In this document: piece by piece, positions 27,664 through 37,423 of the stretch | Numbering within the stretch: position 1 is the first letter of the stretch | How the letters are laid out: each line of letters opens with the position of its first letter | Assembly: GCA_040772485.1 (NCBI GenBank) | Contig: JAXGYC010000008.1 | Location: forward strand, 384,001 to 448,000 | DNA: 64,000 nucleotides | Direction: 5' to 3' | Source: Sedimentisphaerales bacterium | Lineage (GTDB): Bacteria; Planctomycetota; Phycisphaerae; Sedimentisphaerales; Anaerobacaceae | Notes under the pieces: model-generated | Seen by the model: the letters and a program-made list of their open reading frames with translations, nothing else | What the model was told of the DNA's origin: nothing | The model's database searches: none | Position numbers and translations under genes: made by a program

Positions 27664-29673
27664 CTACTGGTCTGCTTCGATGTGTCTGACGTTGGAGATG
27701 CGACCGTTCCACCGGCACGACCAGGAGCCAAAGAGCGTCATGCTCCCCGCCGGTTTCTGATCGATGCGGAAGATCGTATCCCTTCGCCATTGAACGATCT
27801 CATCGCTGAATCCTTTGGCGACGTACTCGGGCAGATCGAACCGCATCAGCTCCAGGGGGTCGGTTCTCAGGCGGAACAGCGCGACCCTGTTCTGTTCCGG
27901 CTCGTAGACGAATTTGTTGCCGTCCTGGACGAAACCGGAGGGGCCCTGCTGCATCCAGCCGGCGAAATAGACTTTGCGATCCAAAGGCAATGGCCCGAGG
28001 GCATCGTCGCCGTCGAAGTCAAATCCGGCAACCTCGAATCCGAGCAGACTCAGGATGGTGGGCACCAGATCGACGGAACTGACGGGACTGGCGATGCGCT
28101 GTCCCGGCACAATCAGAAGTGGCGCCCGGATGCACATGGCGATCCGCAACACCTCCTCGTAGGCAACGCGTTCGTGCCCATGGATCCGGTGCTCGCCGAA
28201 GGCTTCGCCGTGGTCGCCGACGACGCAGAAGATCGTGTCGTCCGCGAGCCCGAGGCTGGCCAGCTCGACATCCAGGGCCTGGATGAACTTGTCGGTGTAG
28301 GCGATCGTCTGCCGGTAGCGGTCGGGCAGCGTCCCGGCCATCTCACCGTACCAGGACGGGACCTCGTAGGGATCGTGGGTCACCGAGCACATGACCGTCA
28401 GCAGGAACGGTTTGTCATCCGACTGGATCCAGTCACGAATCGGTTCGAGCAGGGCGAATTCGTCGGCGCCGAGGTAGCCTACGAACGCATTCGGATCCTT
28501 GAGATCCTCGCGGGCATAGAATTTCTGATACCCGAGGTTGTGAACCAGTCCGGCGCGGGACTCGAATGTCCCGGTGGGCGACTGGAAAAAGGCTGTTCGA
28601 AAACCCATTCCCTTTTCGAGGATCGTCGCGAGGCTGGCATAAGGCTGTGCGACGGGAACGGTCTCGCCGATGTCCTGGCAGGCACCCGGGCGCCGGCCCG
28701 TCAGCAGGCCAAACAGCGCTTTGGTGGTGTGCGTCACAACCGAGCGGGCGTTGGTGAAGCAGACCCCTTGCGAGGCCACGGTCGCCAGATACGGAGTTGG
28801 ATCATACCCATCGCCATCGCTCTGCAGGTGGTTTGCCGCCAGCGAAGTGCACCTGTACTGGACCCCCTCCAGGACGACGATCACAACGTTGTGGTTGACT
28901 CGGCGCGGTTTGAACGCGACCTCAACGTCTGTGGCATACGGGATCCGGCGCGTGGCATTGCTGAAATCGTCGCGGACCAGGTGCCGATACTCCGGCAGCA
29001 GAAAAGAGAGGATAGCCCGCGCCTGGCAGTTGAACCGCAGCCCGGCCGCCGTGATCTGGGCGGAGCCCAGCCGGGAGGCCGCCGCCATGCCAACGATCGC
29101 CACGACAATCGCCACGAGAGAGAAGACGATCTTGGTGCGGAAGGTGCGGGGTTCATACGCCGGGGGCAGCGGCCTGGCCAAAGCGGAGAAGAAGAACGCC
29201 AGCGCGACGGCGCTGGGCAGCAGCAGCGCAGCGGCGGCCACGGGCATGCGGATCAGATTCAGACCTACAAGCTTGGTGATGTTGATCGGGTCACGGAGCC
29301 ACGGCAGCAGTTCCATCGGCAGAATCTGCGTCCCCGTGCGGATCAGCCAGGCGGCGTTCATCACCGACCACGTGCAGGTAATCGCGGCGACGATCATGGC
29401 CGCCCGCCAGACCGCTTTCCTGGGCCAGCGATAGCAGGCCAGTGCCAGAACCACTTCCAGGCTCAGGAGAATGGCGATGTCGGTCAGAATCCAACTGGGG
29501 TACTCACGCAGCAGTCCATAGCGCAGCGCGTGGTACAGCTTCACAGCCAGACTGCAGAACAACGCCGCAAAGACGATGACGCTCCATGCCCGTGGAGCCA
29601 GCAGGCTATAAACGCGCCGGATGAGCCGGAACCGCTCGCGCGGAGCACCAGGTTGTGGACTCTGCTCATTCAT
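27664..29673 (-). CDS. LtaS/MdoB-like membrane sulfatase-fold transferase
   Basis: About 5 N-terminal TMs; NVVIVVLE, putative catalytic Thr in HTTKAL, THDPY, VGDHGEAFGEH. Confidence 0.85.
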   Translation of the reverse strand: MNEQSPQPGAPRERFRLIRRVYSLLAPRAWSVIVFAALFCSLAVKLYHALRYGLLREYPSWILTDIAILLSLEVVLALACYRWPRKAVWRAAMIVAAITCTWSVMNAAWLIRTGTQILPMELLPWLRDPINITKLVGLNLIRMPVAAAALLLPSAVALAFFFSALARPLPPAYEPRTFRTKIVFSLVAIVVAIVGMAAASRLGSAQITAAGLRFNCQARAILSFLLPEYRHLVRDDFSNATRRIPYATDVEVAFKPRRVNHNVVIVVLEGVQYRCTSLAANHLQSDGDGYDPTPYLATVASQGVCFTNARSVVTHTTKALFGLLTGRRPGACQDIGETVPVAQPYASLATILEKGMGFRTAFFQSPTGTFESRAGLVHNLGYQKFYAREDLKDPNAFVGYLGADEFALLEPIRDWIQSDDKPFLLTVMCSVTHDPYEVPSWYGEMAGTLPDRYRQTIAYTDKFIQALDVELASLGLADDTIFCVVGDHGEAFGEHRIHGHERVAYEEVLRIAMCIRAPLLIVPGQRIASPVSSVDLVPTILSLLGFEVAGFDFDGDDALGPLPLDRKVYFAGWMQQGPSGFVQDGNKFVYEPEQNRVALFRLRTDPLELMRFDLPEYVAKGFSDEIVQWRRDTIFRIDQKPAGSMTLFGSWSCRWNGRISNVRHIEADQ

Positions 29674-29781
29674 GGGGCCACAATAGTAGTGTAACCGTCT
29701 CGAGACCGCAAGCGGGATTAGACCGTCGCGGGCGTTCGTGGCCGGTCCGGGATCGGATGGAGGGGCCTTGCGTCTCGGTTT

Positions 29782-30615
29782 CTATGACGAAACGCCCGGT
29801 GATTCTTCGTCGGCAAGCTTCTCCCATGGCTTGCCTCGCAATGCCTTATCGAGTCCATGAGTCTCCATCGTGAAGAAGGCATCGAAGCTGGGCAGGCTGT
29901 GGTTGAGCATCTGTTTGATCGTGTTCAGAGTCTCCTCACCGTAGCACGACACCTCCTTAGCCATCGTCTGGAGGGCCTGATCCAATTCCGAAGGCATGAC
30001 GACCTCGGTGAGCAGGCCCCACTCGAACGCGGTCTGCGCCGACATCCGGGCGGTTCGCGTCACGATGTCGCCGGCCCGGCCCAGGCCGACGTAGGCCGGC
30101 AGCAGATAGAGCAGTCCGGCACCGGGGGGCATGTCCAGATCGCGTCCCTGGTTGTGGAAGACGGTGTCGGAGGTCGCGATGCGGAAATCACAGGCCAGCC
30201 CAATCCCGAGAAACGGCAGGCAGACGTCGCCCTGAAAGACCATGATCACAGGCCGTCTTACCGACCGCAACCAGCGAATCAGGCCGCCGAAGACATTCTC
30301 CTCGCGCGCCATGGTGAACCCGGCAAGCGGACTGGTGAACGCACGGCGTCCTTCCAACGGTCTCTGTAGATCGCCAAGCTGTTTCAGCAGCGCGCCGCAT
30401 CGCTCCGGGGAAAAGCAATCACTCGTGCCCCAGAATGCGAGGGGCTTGCCCGGACGATGGGCCAAGTCTTCCAGGAGACAGCGGAAACTTTCGATCGCGT
30501 GCGGCGCCTCCGCAATGCCGAACACGTCATCGCGGAAGCGAATGAGGTCTGCCCATTCGAGCCGCTCCACACAGAGGAACCCCTCCAGTTTTGAGAAGTC
30601 GGTCTTGTCGAACAT
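29782..30615 (-). CDS. Divergent enoyl-CoA hydratase/isomerase (crotonase) family protein
   Basis: GLACDFRIA, MPPGAG..YLLP.YVG..RA, SAQTAFEWGLLTEVV. Confidence 0.8.
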   Translation of the reverse strand: MFDKTDFSKLEGFLCVERLEWADLIRFRDDVFGIAEAPHAIESFRCLLEDLAHRPGKPLAFWGTSDCFSPERCGALLKQLGDLQRPLEGRRAFTSPLAGFTMAREENVFGGLIRWLRSVRRPVIMVFQGDVCLPFLGIGLACDFRIATSDTVFHNQGRDLDMPPGAGLLYLLPAYVGLGRAGDIVTRTARMSAQTAFEWGLLTEVVMPSELDQALQTMAKEVSCYGEETLNTIKQMLNHSLPSFDAFFTMETHGLDKALRGKPWEKLADEESPGVSS

Positions 30616-30617
30616 GG

Positions 30618-33600
30618 CTATTCTCCAACATGGCTGTCCGTTCCCTGTTTCTTGCCCTTGCGAGTGAACAGATCATAGAGGATCGGCAGCAAAATGAGGG
30701 TGAGAATCCCGGAGATAAGAATACCACCGACCGAGGCAATGCCTACGCCGGTCCGCAATTCGGCGCCGATCCCCTGACTGACGGCCAGCGGAAGCATTCC
30801 GAGAACGGCCGCCAGAGTAATCATGACCACCGGACGAAACTGCTCGCAGGAGGCGGTGATCATGGCCTTGTGCCGCGGAATGCCTTCGCGGACGTGGACG
30901 TTGAGCTGGTCGACGATCAAGATGGCGTTGTTGACGACGATGCCAACCATCATGACCATGCCCATCAACACGAAGATCGACATGCTCTGGCCTGTAATCG
31001 CCAAGGCCCACATCACGCCGATCAGTCCCAGCGGGATCGTTACCAGGATCAGACCGGGCTGCTTGAACGATTCGAGGATCGCCGCAAGCGTCAGGATCAC
31101 CAGAACGATGGCCATCACGCCCGCTTCGCCGAAGGCGGCTACCGCCTCGGCCATTCTCTCGTACATGCCTGTGAACTGGTAATCGTATCCCGGCGGGAAA
31201 CGCCCCTCGGAATCGATCCCATCCCCGATCCGTTTGACGGCCGTCCCCAACGGCAGCTCCGCCTTCAAGTTGGCGAAGACCTTCGTGACGCGGCGCTTGT
31301 CGTACCTGGTGATCTGAACGGGCACCACACGATGCTCCACCTCGGCCAGGTTCGACAGGAGGATCGGCCGTCCGGGGGCCCCAGGAAACAGGAACTGCTC
31401 GACCTGATCTCGCCCCTGCTCATCGGCCAGCTTGACGACGATGTCGTAGTTGCGGTCGCCTCGTTTGAACGTGCCGGCCTCGATCCCTTCGAGGTTGGCT
31501 CGCAGGATCATCCCGAGGCTGGTCGCAGGGACGTTCAAGTCCGCCAGGACGGCCCGCCGGGGCACGATGGCCACTTCGGGTTTGCCCGCCCGTACGGTCG
31601 TGTCCGGATCTTTGATCCCCTGGATGCGGGCGGCCTGGGCCTGCGTCTCGACCGCCAGCCGGTTGAGGGTCGCCAGTTCATCGCCTGCGATCAGCAGCTC
31701 GATATCCTGATTCTGCCCGCCCACGATGGCCGGCTGCGTAACGGTGACGATGCACTCCGGATAGCCGGCCAGACGTTGGCGAATCTCGGTCTGGATTTCC
31801 TCGATCGTAATGGTCCGCTCGTCTCGCTCCGAGAAGGTCACCAGCAGTTGGGCCAGGTAGACACCCTCGGTGGATTGCCCGATCACGCCCTCGACCTTAC
31901 CGATGGAACTGAGGATGTGCCTGAGTTCAGGTGCGTCCTTGAGTCTCTCCTCGACGAGGCGAACCCGCTGAATGGCCCGCCCCAGATCGTACGACGTCGG
32001 ATACTCGAGCTTGACGAAGACCCTGCCCTGGTCCGTCTGCGAGACGAAGTTGAATCCGACCTTGCCCCCCAGGGACATGGCGTGGAGGAACAACAGGATC
32101 GTGACGGCCAGGACACCCAACGCGGCAACGCGGTGCCTGTCATTGAATGAAAGGACACGCCGGTAGCCGGCGATGGCGGCGTCCAGGAAACGGTTGAATC
32201 CCGTCTCCACGCGATGCAAGATCCCTCCTTGCTGCCCGTTGCCCGGCTTGAGCAGGAGCGAGCACAGAATCGGCGTCAGCGTGAACGAGATGAACAGGGA
32301 CACCGCCGTCATGATGAGCATCGTCCAGGCCAGGGGCCTCATGAACTGGCCGATGATACTGCCCATCATGGCGATGGGAAACAGCACGACGATGTTGGTC
32401 CCGGCGCTGGCGACCACCGCCACGGTGACTTCCTTGGCTCCCAGCCGGGCGGCTTCCTTCGGATTGCCCGTGTCCTTGAGGCGCGAGACGATGGACTCCA
32501 GGACCACGATGGAATTCGTCACCAGAATGCCCACCGACAGGCCGATGGAGATCAGCGTCGAGGTGTTCAGCGTGTAGCCGGCCAGTTGCATGAAGAACAG
32601 GCCGATGACGATCGTCAGCGGCATCGTGATCGCGACCACCAGCGTGGCTCGGACGTTGTACAGAAAGAAGAACAGAATCGCAGCCGTCAGCAGAATACCC
32701 TGCCCCACGTTGCTCCAGGCGCTCTGGACGGAGGCCTCGATGAACCGTCCATCGTCGCTGACCCAGACCAGCTCCATGCCGCCAGGCAGTTGTTCGCCGA
32801 GACGGTCGAATGCCTCGCGGACGCGGCCGACCACCTTCACGGCGTTGGCGTCCGCTTTCTTGACGACCTTCACGTACACGCAGGGTTTGCCGTCGATGGC
32901 GGCCTTCTGGCGGAGCTCTTCCGTGGTCATGACCACCGTGCCGATGTCGCGGATGTAGCAGCGCCTCCCGTCCTCGCCGGCCACTTCGAGTGTGGCGATC
33001 TCCGGGACCTCCTTGTATTCGGCGTCGAACTTCACCGAGTACTCCCGGCCGCGGTCCGTCACACGGCCGCTGGGAATCGTTCGCACGGCCTGTTGCAGCG
33101 CCTGGACGACGTTCAGGCTCGACAGGCCCTTGGCGGCCAGCCGCTCCCGGTCCAGCATCACGTGCACCTCGCGCTTGGCCCCGCCAACAAGCTCGACATT
33201 CGCGACACCGGAAATCACCGTGAGGCGGTCCCGCAGCGTGTTATTGGCGAAGTCGTACAGCTCGTCGAGAGGGGCATCACCCGTCAACGCCATGTTGATG
33301 ATCGGCTGGGCGTTGATGTCGAACTTCAGAATCTTCGGGTCTTCCACGTCTTGCGGGAAATCCGCCTTGATCAAGTCGAGCTTCTCGCGCACGTCGGTCG
33401 CCGCGATATCCACATCGACGTCCAGCTCGAATTCGAGCAGGGTCTGGCAGACGTTCTCCATGCAGGCGGAGCTGACGTGCTTGAGGCCGTCGATGGTGAC
33501 CACCTGGTCCTCGATGGGCTTGGCCACGTCCGTCTCGATCTGCTCCGGACTGGCGCCGGGATAGATCGTGGTCACCGTGATATAGGGCACGTCCATCTTG

Positions 33601-33713
33601 GGCATCAGCTCCAGACCCAGCTTGCGGTACGCATTCAAACCCAGCAGGGTTAGGCCGATGATCAGACAGCTCATGGCGATGGGCCGGCGGATGGAAGCAT
33701 CGGACAGGAACAT
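30618..33713 (-). CDS. RND efflux permease (AcrB/HAE1 family)
   Basis: MFLSDASIRRP, YPGASPEQIE, GIVVNNAILIVD, RPVVMITLAAVLGMLPLA. Confidence 0.95.
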   Translation of the reverse strand: MFLSDASIRRPIAMSCLIIGLTLLGLNAYRKLGLELMPKMDVPYITVTTIYPGASPEQIETDVAKPIEDQVVTIDGLKHVSSACMENVCQTLLEFELDVDVDIAATDVREKLDLIKADFPQDVEDPKILKFDINAQPIINMALTGDAPLDELYDFANNTLRDRLTVISGVANVELVGGAKREVHVMLDRERLAAKGLSSLNVVQALQQAVRTIPSGRVTDRGREYSVKFDAEYKEVPEIATLEVAGEDGRRCYIRDIGTVVMTTEELRQKAAIDGKPCVYVKVVKKADANAVKVVGRVREAFDRLGEQLPGGMELVWVSDDGRFIEASVQSAWSNVGQGILLTAAILFFFLYNVRATLVVAITMPLTIVIGLFFMQLAGYTLNTSTLISIGLSVGILVTNSIVVLESIVSRLKDTGNPKEAARLGAKEVTVAVVASAGTNIVVLFPIAMMGSIIGQFMRPLAWTMLIMTAVSLFISFTLTPILCSLLLKPGNGQQGGILHRVETGFNRFLDAAIAGYRRVLSFNDRHRVAALGVLAVTILLFLHAMSLGGKVGFNFVSQTDQGRVFVKLEYPTSYDLGRAIQRVRLVEERLKDAPELRHILSSIGKVEGVIGQSTEGVYLAQLLVTFSERDERTITIEEIQTEIRQRLAGYPECIVTVTQPAIVGGQNQDIELLIAGDELATLNRLAVETQAQAARIQGIKDPDTTVRAGKPEVAIVPRRAVLADLNVPATSLGMILRANLEGIEAGTFKRGDRNYDIVVKLADEQGRDQVEQFLFPGAPGRPILLSNLAEVEHRVVPVQITRYDKRRVTKVFANLKAELPLGTAVKRIGDGIDSEGRFPPGYDYQFTGMYERMAEAVAAFGEAGVMAIVLVILTLAAILESFKQPGLILVTIPLGLIGVMWALAITGQSMSIFVLMGMVMMVGIVVNNAILIVDQLNVHVREGIPRHKAMITASCEQFRPVVMITLAAVLGMLPLAVSQGIGAELRTGVGIASVGGILISGILTLILLPILYDLFTRKGKKQGTDSHVGE

Positions 33714-34954
33714 TACTTCTCCTCCTGTTGAACGCTGACCGCCATGCCTGGCTCCACCATATACTGGCCCATGGTGACGACCGAGGCTCCTTCCTTCAAG
33801 TCGCCTTCGCGAATCTCGGTCCAGCCGTCGGTTTCGATTCCCGTCGTGACGGGAACCTGGCGCGCCACCGCATTCTCGATGACGAAGACGACCGCCTGTC
33901 CACCTCGCTGCTGGATCGCCTGCGAAGGCACACCCAAGCCCTGACGGCCCTCCAGGGCCACAACGATGTGGGCCATGGCTCCGGATGTCACCCCTTCCGG
34001 CGGATCGGTCAGAATGCACTTCACTTCGAAGCTGCGCAGTTTCGGGTCGATCGTCGGACTCTTGTACGTGATGACGTGCCGACCGATGTCCACGCCGGAG
34101 GACTGGATTCTCATGGCCGTTTGTCCCGGGACCACCGCCGCGTAGTACTCCGCCGGCAGGAAGGCCGTCACTTCCACAACCGAGGTGTCGTCAATGCGCA
34201 CCACCGGATGGCCCGGGCTGCCCATCTCACCCGGCTCCTGCAGGCGAACGCTCACCTTTCCGTCGATAGGAGCGTAGACCACCGCATCGGCCAGGTCTTT
34301 CCGGGCGATTGCCAGCTCGGCCTGGCTCTGCGCCTCTTTGGCGGCCGCCAGCTCCACTTGCGCTTCCGCCAATCGGCGTGCCGCCTGAAGCTGATGATAG
34401 CGCGATTGCTGCTGCTCGAACGCGTCGGCGGTCACCGCCTGCTTGTCGCGCAGCCGCTCGAAACGTTGGTAGTCCAGTTCGGCTTTGCGAAGGTCGACCT
34501 CGATCCGTTCGAGATTGGCGGCCGATTCGCGGCTGGCACTTCGCGCTACGAGAGTGGCATGTTCCTTGATCTGCACGTTCTTTTCCAGATTGGCCGCATC
34601 CGTTTGAAAGAGTCGGGTCTTTCCCCCGACGACGGCATCGCCCTCCTCGACGAAGATCGCCTCGATCGTCCCTGGGACTCGCGGGGAAACCATCGCAAAA
34701 CTCTTGCTCTCCAGGTTCCCCTGAACCACGAGGACGCGCTCGAAATCTCGAATCGCCGCGGCGGTCGTGACGACGGAGGTGCGCTGTGGTTCGCTTTGCG
34801 ATTCGGTCGTTGCCGGTTGCCCGGCACGGCTCTTCTGCTGGTACAGGAAGTATCCGCCCGCGCCGAGGCAGACGAGCGCCGCGACGCCAATCGAGACGTT
34901 TCGCACTGTATGGGACTTGCCGGATGGTGTCTTCTTCTCAGGATGGGCCGTCAT
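33713..34954 (-). CDS. RND periplasmic adaptor (MFP)
   Basis: TM anchor, VSPRVPGTIE..FVEEGD, coiled hairpin, YAPIDGKV, VPSQAIQ. Confidence 0.93.
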   Translation of the reverse strand: MTAHPEKKTPSGKSHTVRNVSIGVAALVCLGAGGYFLYQQKSRAGQPATTESQSEPQRTSVVTTAAAIRDFERVLVVQGNLESKSFAMVSPRVPGTIEAIFVEEGDAVVGGKTRLFQTDAANLEKNVQIKEHATLVARSASRESAANLERIEVDLRKAELDYQRFERLRDKQAVTADAFEQQQSRYHQLQAARRLAEAQVELAAAKEAQSQAELAIARKDLADAVVYAPIDGKVSVRLQEPGEMGSPGHPVVRIDDTSVVEVTAFLPAEYYAAVVPGQTAMRIQSSGVDIGRHVITYKSPTIDPKLRSFEVKCILTDPPEGVTSGAMAHIVVALEGRQGLGVPSQAIQQRGGQAVVFVIENAVARQVPVTTGIETDGWTEIREGDLKEGASVVTMGQYMVEPGMAVSVQQEEK

Positions 34955-36353
34955 GCTCTGGCTCCTCGATGTCGATCTTGGTCTTCCCCATGACATTCAA
35001 TAACGTGGCAATGCCGACCTGGTGCTGGAACTTCGCGGCGATAGCCTGCACGCGCGCCTTGTCCCGCTGCGCCGTCAGATCGAGCATTTCCGATGAGTCA
35101 ATCAGTCCTTCACGCCACTTCTGCTCGGCCTCCACGACTCGCTCGACGGTCACATCATAGGCGCTCTGGGCCAGGGCGGCCTGTTCCGTGGCGGTGTCGA
35201 GCATCAGATGGGCTCGGATCACCTCCAATATGACCGTCAGAGAAGCCTGTTCTCTCTGGAGGAAGCTCTCCTCTCGACGCGCCCTGGCGGCCTTGTACTC
35301 GTTGACGTTGGCGAACCCGTTGAAGAGAGTCATCGTTCCCGAGAGGCCGTAGACCCACTGCCCGGAGGTATCGACGAAATCGTCGATGGAGTCAGGATAG
35401 GTGGCGAAACCGAACACTTGAGGAAGAAAGTTGGATACCGCGATCTTGACTTGTTCCTTCTGAATCTCGACGTTGCGATCCGCAATACGCAGATGGGGGT
35501 GATTCAGCAGCGCTTCGGTAATCCGTTCTTCGAGGGTGCCCGCCGGTATCTCCAGCGGCGTCTGAGGCGCCAGTGCGATCTGCGCCATGGGAGAGAGCCC
35601 CATCGCGGCCAGAAGATCGGCCTTGGCCTGTTGTAGGTCGCGTTGCGTTCGCTGCCATTCCAGCCGCCGGGCCCGCACGAGAACCTGTGCCTGATCGGCC
35701 TGCCACGCGCTGACGAGCCCTTCTTCACGGAGCGACCGCAACCGCTTCTCGGTTTCCAGTGCCGCTGTCACTTCGCTTTTCAGGGCGTGATCCATCTCCT
35801 CCAGCGACAGGCACTGGTAGTAAAGCACTGTGGTCTGAAGGACCGTGACCTGCCGACTGTACATTGTCACCAGCTCGGCGATTTCTGCCCCCCGTTTGTG
35901 CATCGCATAGAGAAACCAGGTCGCCGGGTTGAAGATCGACATGTTCGCCTGCCAAGTAATCGTCCGGACCTTGTCGATGCGCAGGGTCGTGTCGGACAGC
36001 TCCAGGGCAATGGCCGGGTCGAACTCATAGTGCATGTAGCCGACGTCCAGAACAGGCAGGAAGTTGGCGAAGGCGATTTTGCGTTCGAGGGTCGCGATGC
36101 GTTGCTGAATCTGAGAGCTCCTGACGTCGAGATTGTTCTCCAGTGCGATGCGTATACAGGCGTCCAGATTCAGCGGCCCCCTGCCGGTCAGCACCTCCTC
36201 GGTCTTCTCTGCCAGTTCCGCCGGATAGCGCTCCGCGTGCTCGGCCCGCACTTTCTGGCCATCGAAGGACCGGCAGCCCGTCAGCGCTGTGACCAGCAGG
36301 ATCGCAATGCCCGGCACGCCGATGGTTCCACAGACGGTTCTGATTCTACCCAT
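34938..36353 (-). CDS. TolC family outer-membrane lipoprotein
   Basis: Lipobox LTGC; CIRIALENNLD; two NFLP repeats. Confidence 0.9.
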   Translation of the reverse strand: MGRIRTVCGTIGVPGIAILLVTALTGCRSFDGQKVRAEHAERYPAELAEKTEEVLTGRGPLNLDACIRIALENNLDVRSSQIQQRIATLERKIAFANFLPVLDVGYMHYEFDPAIALELSDTTLRIDKVRTITWQANMSIFNPATWFLYAMHKRGAEIAELVTMYSRQVTVLQTTVLYYQCLSLEEMDHALKSEVTAALETEKRLRSLREEGLVSAWQADQAQVLVRARRLEWQRTQRDLQQAKADLLAAMGLSPMAQIALAPQTPLEIPAGTLEERITEALLNHPHLRIADRNVEIQKEQVKIAVSNFLPQVFGFATYPDSIDDFVDTSGQWVYGLSGTMTLFNGFANVNEYKAARARREESFLQREQASLTVILEVIRAHLMLDTATEQAALAQSAYDVTVERVVEAEQKWREGLIDSSEMLDLTAQRDKARVQAIAAKFQHQVGIATLLNVMGKTKIDIEEPEHDGPS

Positions 36354-36972
36354 TCAAGATTCCTCTGAAGAACAACTCCTCGATGTCGGTGACTTTCTGC
36401 TCCAGCGCAGTCTCATCTGTATCCTCGGCCACGGAGAATACGATCGCACGCAATGCGGCATCCAGAGCGAGCGCCACCACGCGCGGATCGAGAGCCCGAA
36501 ACGTTCCCTTGCGGACGCCGGCGGCGTAGACCTGCCTGAGCCTCGTCTGCAACGCGTCATGGACCTTGACCGCCGTTTCGCTGAAACGGGTTGTGCCGAT
36601 TTGGGACAGCCGTCCCTGGTTGGCCCGGAGAAACAGCCGGATCGCCGCCGAATTCTCGCGGAAGACACGCACGCTGGCCCTGATGAAGCCGGCGAGCTTC
36701 TCCCGCTCATCTGCTTGCCCGTCGAGGAATGGCTGGACGACCGACAGAACGTTATCCGCCACCTCGTTCATGATCTCCAAATACAGCGCCTCTTTGCTGT
36801 CGAAGAAGCTGTAGATCGTTCCGGTGGCGAACTCGGCCTCGGCCGCGATCTCCTGCATGGAGACGTTGTGGAAGCCCTTCTCGGAGAAGAGCCTCATCGC
36901 CGCATCCACAATCTCGTCCCTGTGCCGCTGCCGCTCACGCTGCCTCCGGGACGGTCTCGTCGTTTCGGCCAT
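36346..36972 (-). CDS. TetR/AcrR family regulator
   Basis: IVDAAMRLFSEKGFHNVSMQEIA.EAEFATGTIYSFFDSKEAL. Confidence 0.95.
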   Translation of the reverse strand: MAETTRPSRRQRERQRHRDEIVDAAMRLFSEKGFHNVSMQEIAAEAEFATGTIYSFFDSKEALYLEIMNEVADNVLSVVQPFLDGQADEREKLAGFIRASVRVFRENSAAIRLFLRANQGRLSQIGTTRFSETAVKVHDALQTRLRQVYAAGVRKGTFRALDPRVVALALDAALRAIVFSVAEDTDETALEQKVTDIEELFFRGILNG

Positions 36973-37026
36973 GGTTTTACCCATAGAAACCACAGAAAGC
37001 GAACAGACAATCATCTACTGACCATG

Positions 37027-37062
37027 ATATTCATATTATGAATCCATATTCATCTCACGCAA
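37027..37062 (-). promoter_or_regulatory. tetR operon promoter with overlapping operator palindromes
   Basis: TTGCGT-N16-CATAAT on the minus strand; palindromes ATTCATA-T-TATGAAT (37029-37043) and ATGAAT-N4-ATTCAT (37038-37053). Confidence 0.7.
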
Positions 37063-37177
37063 GACAATTTCGCAAATTAGGTCGACATAGGTTTTAAGTC
37101 TGCTATATGAAAGTACTTATGGCATCAGAATTCCGTCGGCCCTTGCGTGGATATGCGGGCAGACTTGTCTTTTGTGC

Positions 37178-37205
37178 TTGCCGCAAGCCCGATGGCGGCT
37201 ACAAT
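37178..37205 (+). promoter_or_regulatory. Sigma70-type promoter of tRNA-Ser
   Basis: TTGCCG-N16-TACAAT. Confidence 0.55.
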
Positions 37206-37269
37206 AACACCGGTTTAGGTCTGTTCGCCGGGCGTGCCTCGCGGACAGGCTCCTGTCGGATTGTAGCAC

Positions 37270-37356
37270 GGAGAGGTGTCGGAGCGGCTGATCGAGCTGG
37301 TTTCGAAAACCAGTGTACCGCTTGCGGTACCGCGGGTTCGAATCCCGCCCTCTCCG
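37270..37356 (+). tRNA. tRNA-Ser(CGA), CCA not encoded
   Basis: Acceptor GGAGAGG/CCTCTCC plus G; anticodon arm CTGGT-TTCGAAA-ACCAG; long variable arm GTACCGCTTGCGGTAC; T-arm GCGGGTTCGAATCCCGC. Confidence 0.97.
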
Positions 37357-37423
37357 TTTTTTCGCCCGCATGGGCACCGCGTCCAGTCCGCGTATTCGAT
37401 GACAGAGGAGTCGCCGTATTCGC

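Noticed and set aside
27664..29673. True formylglycine-dependent sulfatase
   Set aside because: No C/S-x-P-x-R motif; the Thr nucleophile position and N-terminal TMs indicate an LtaS/MdoB-type transferase
30618..34019. 1133-aa version of the RND permease
   Set aside because: The extension overlaps the MFP gene; GGAGAAG RBS and MFLSDASIRRP at 33713 give the canonical start
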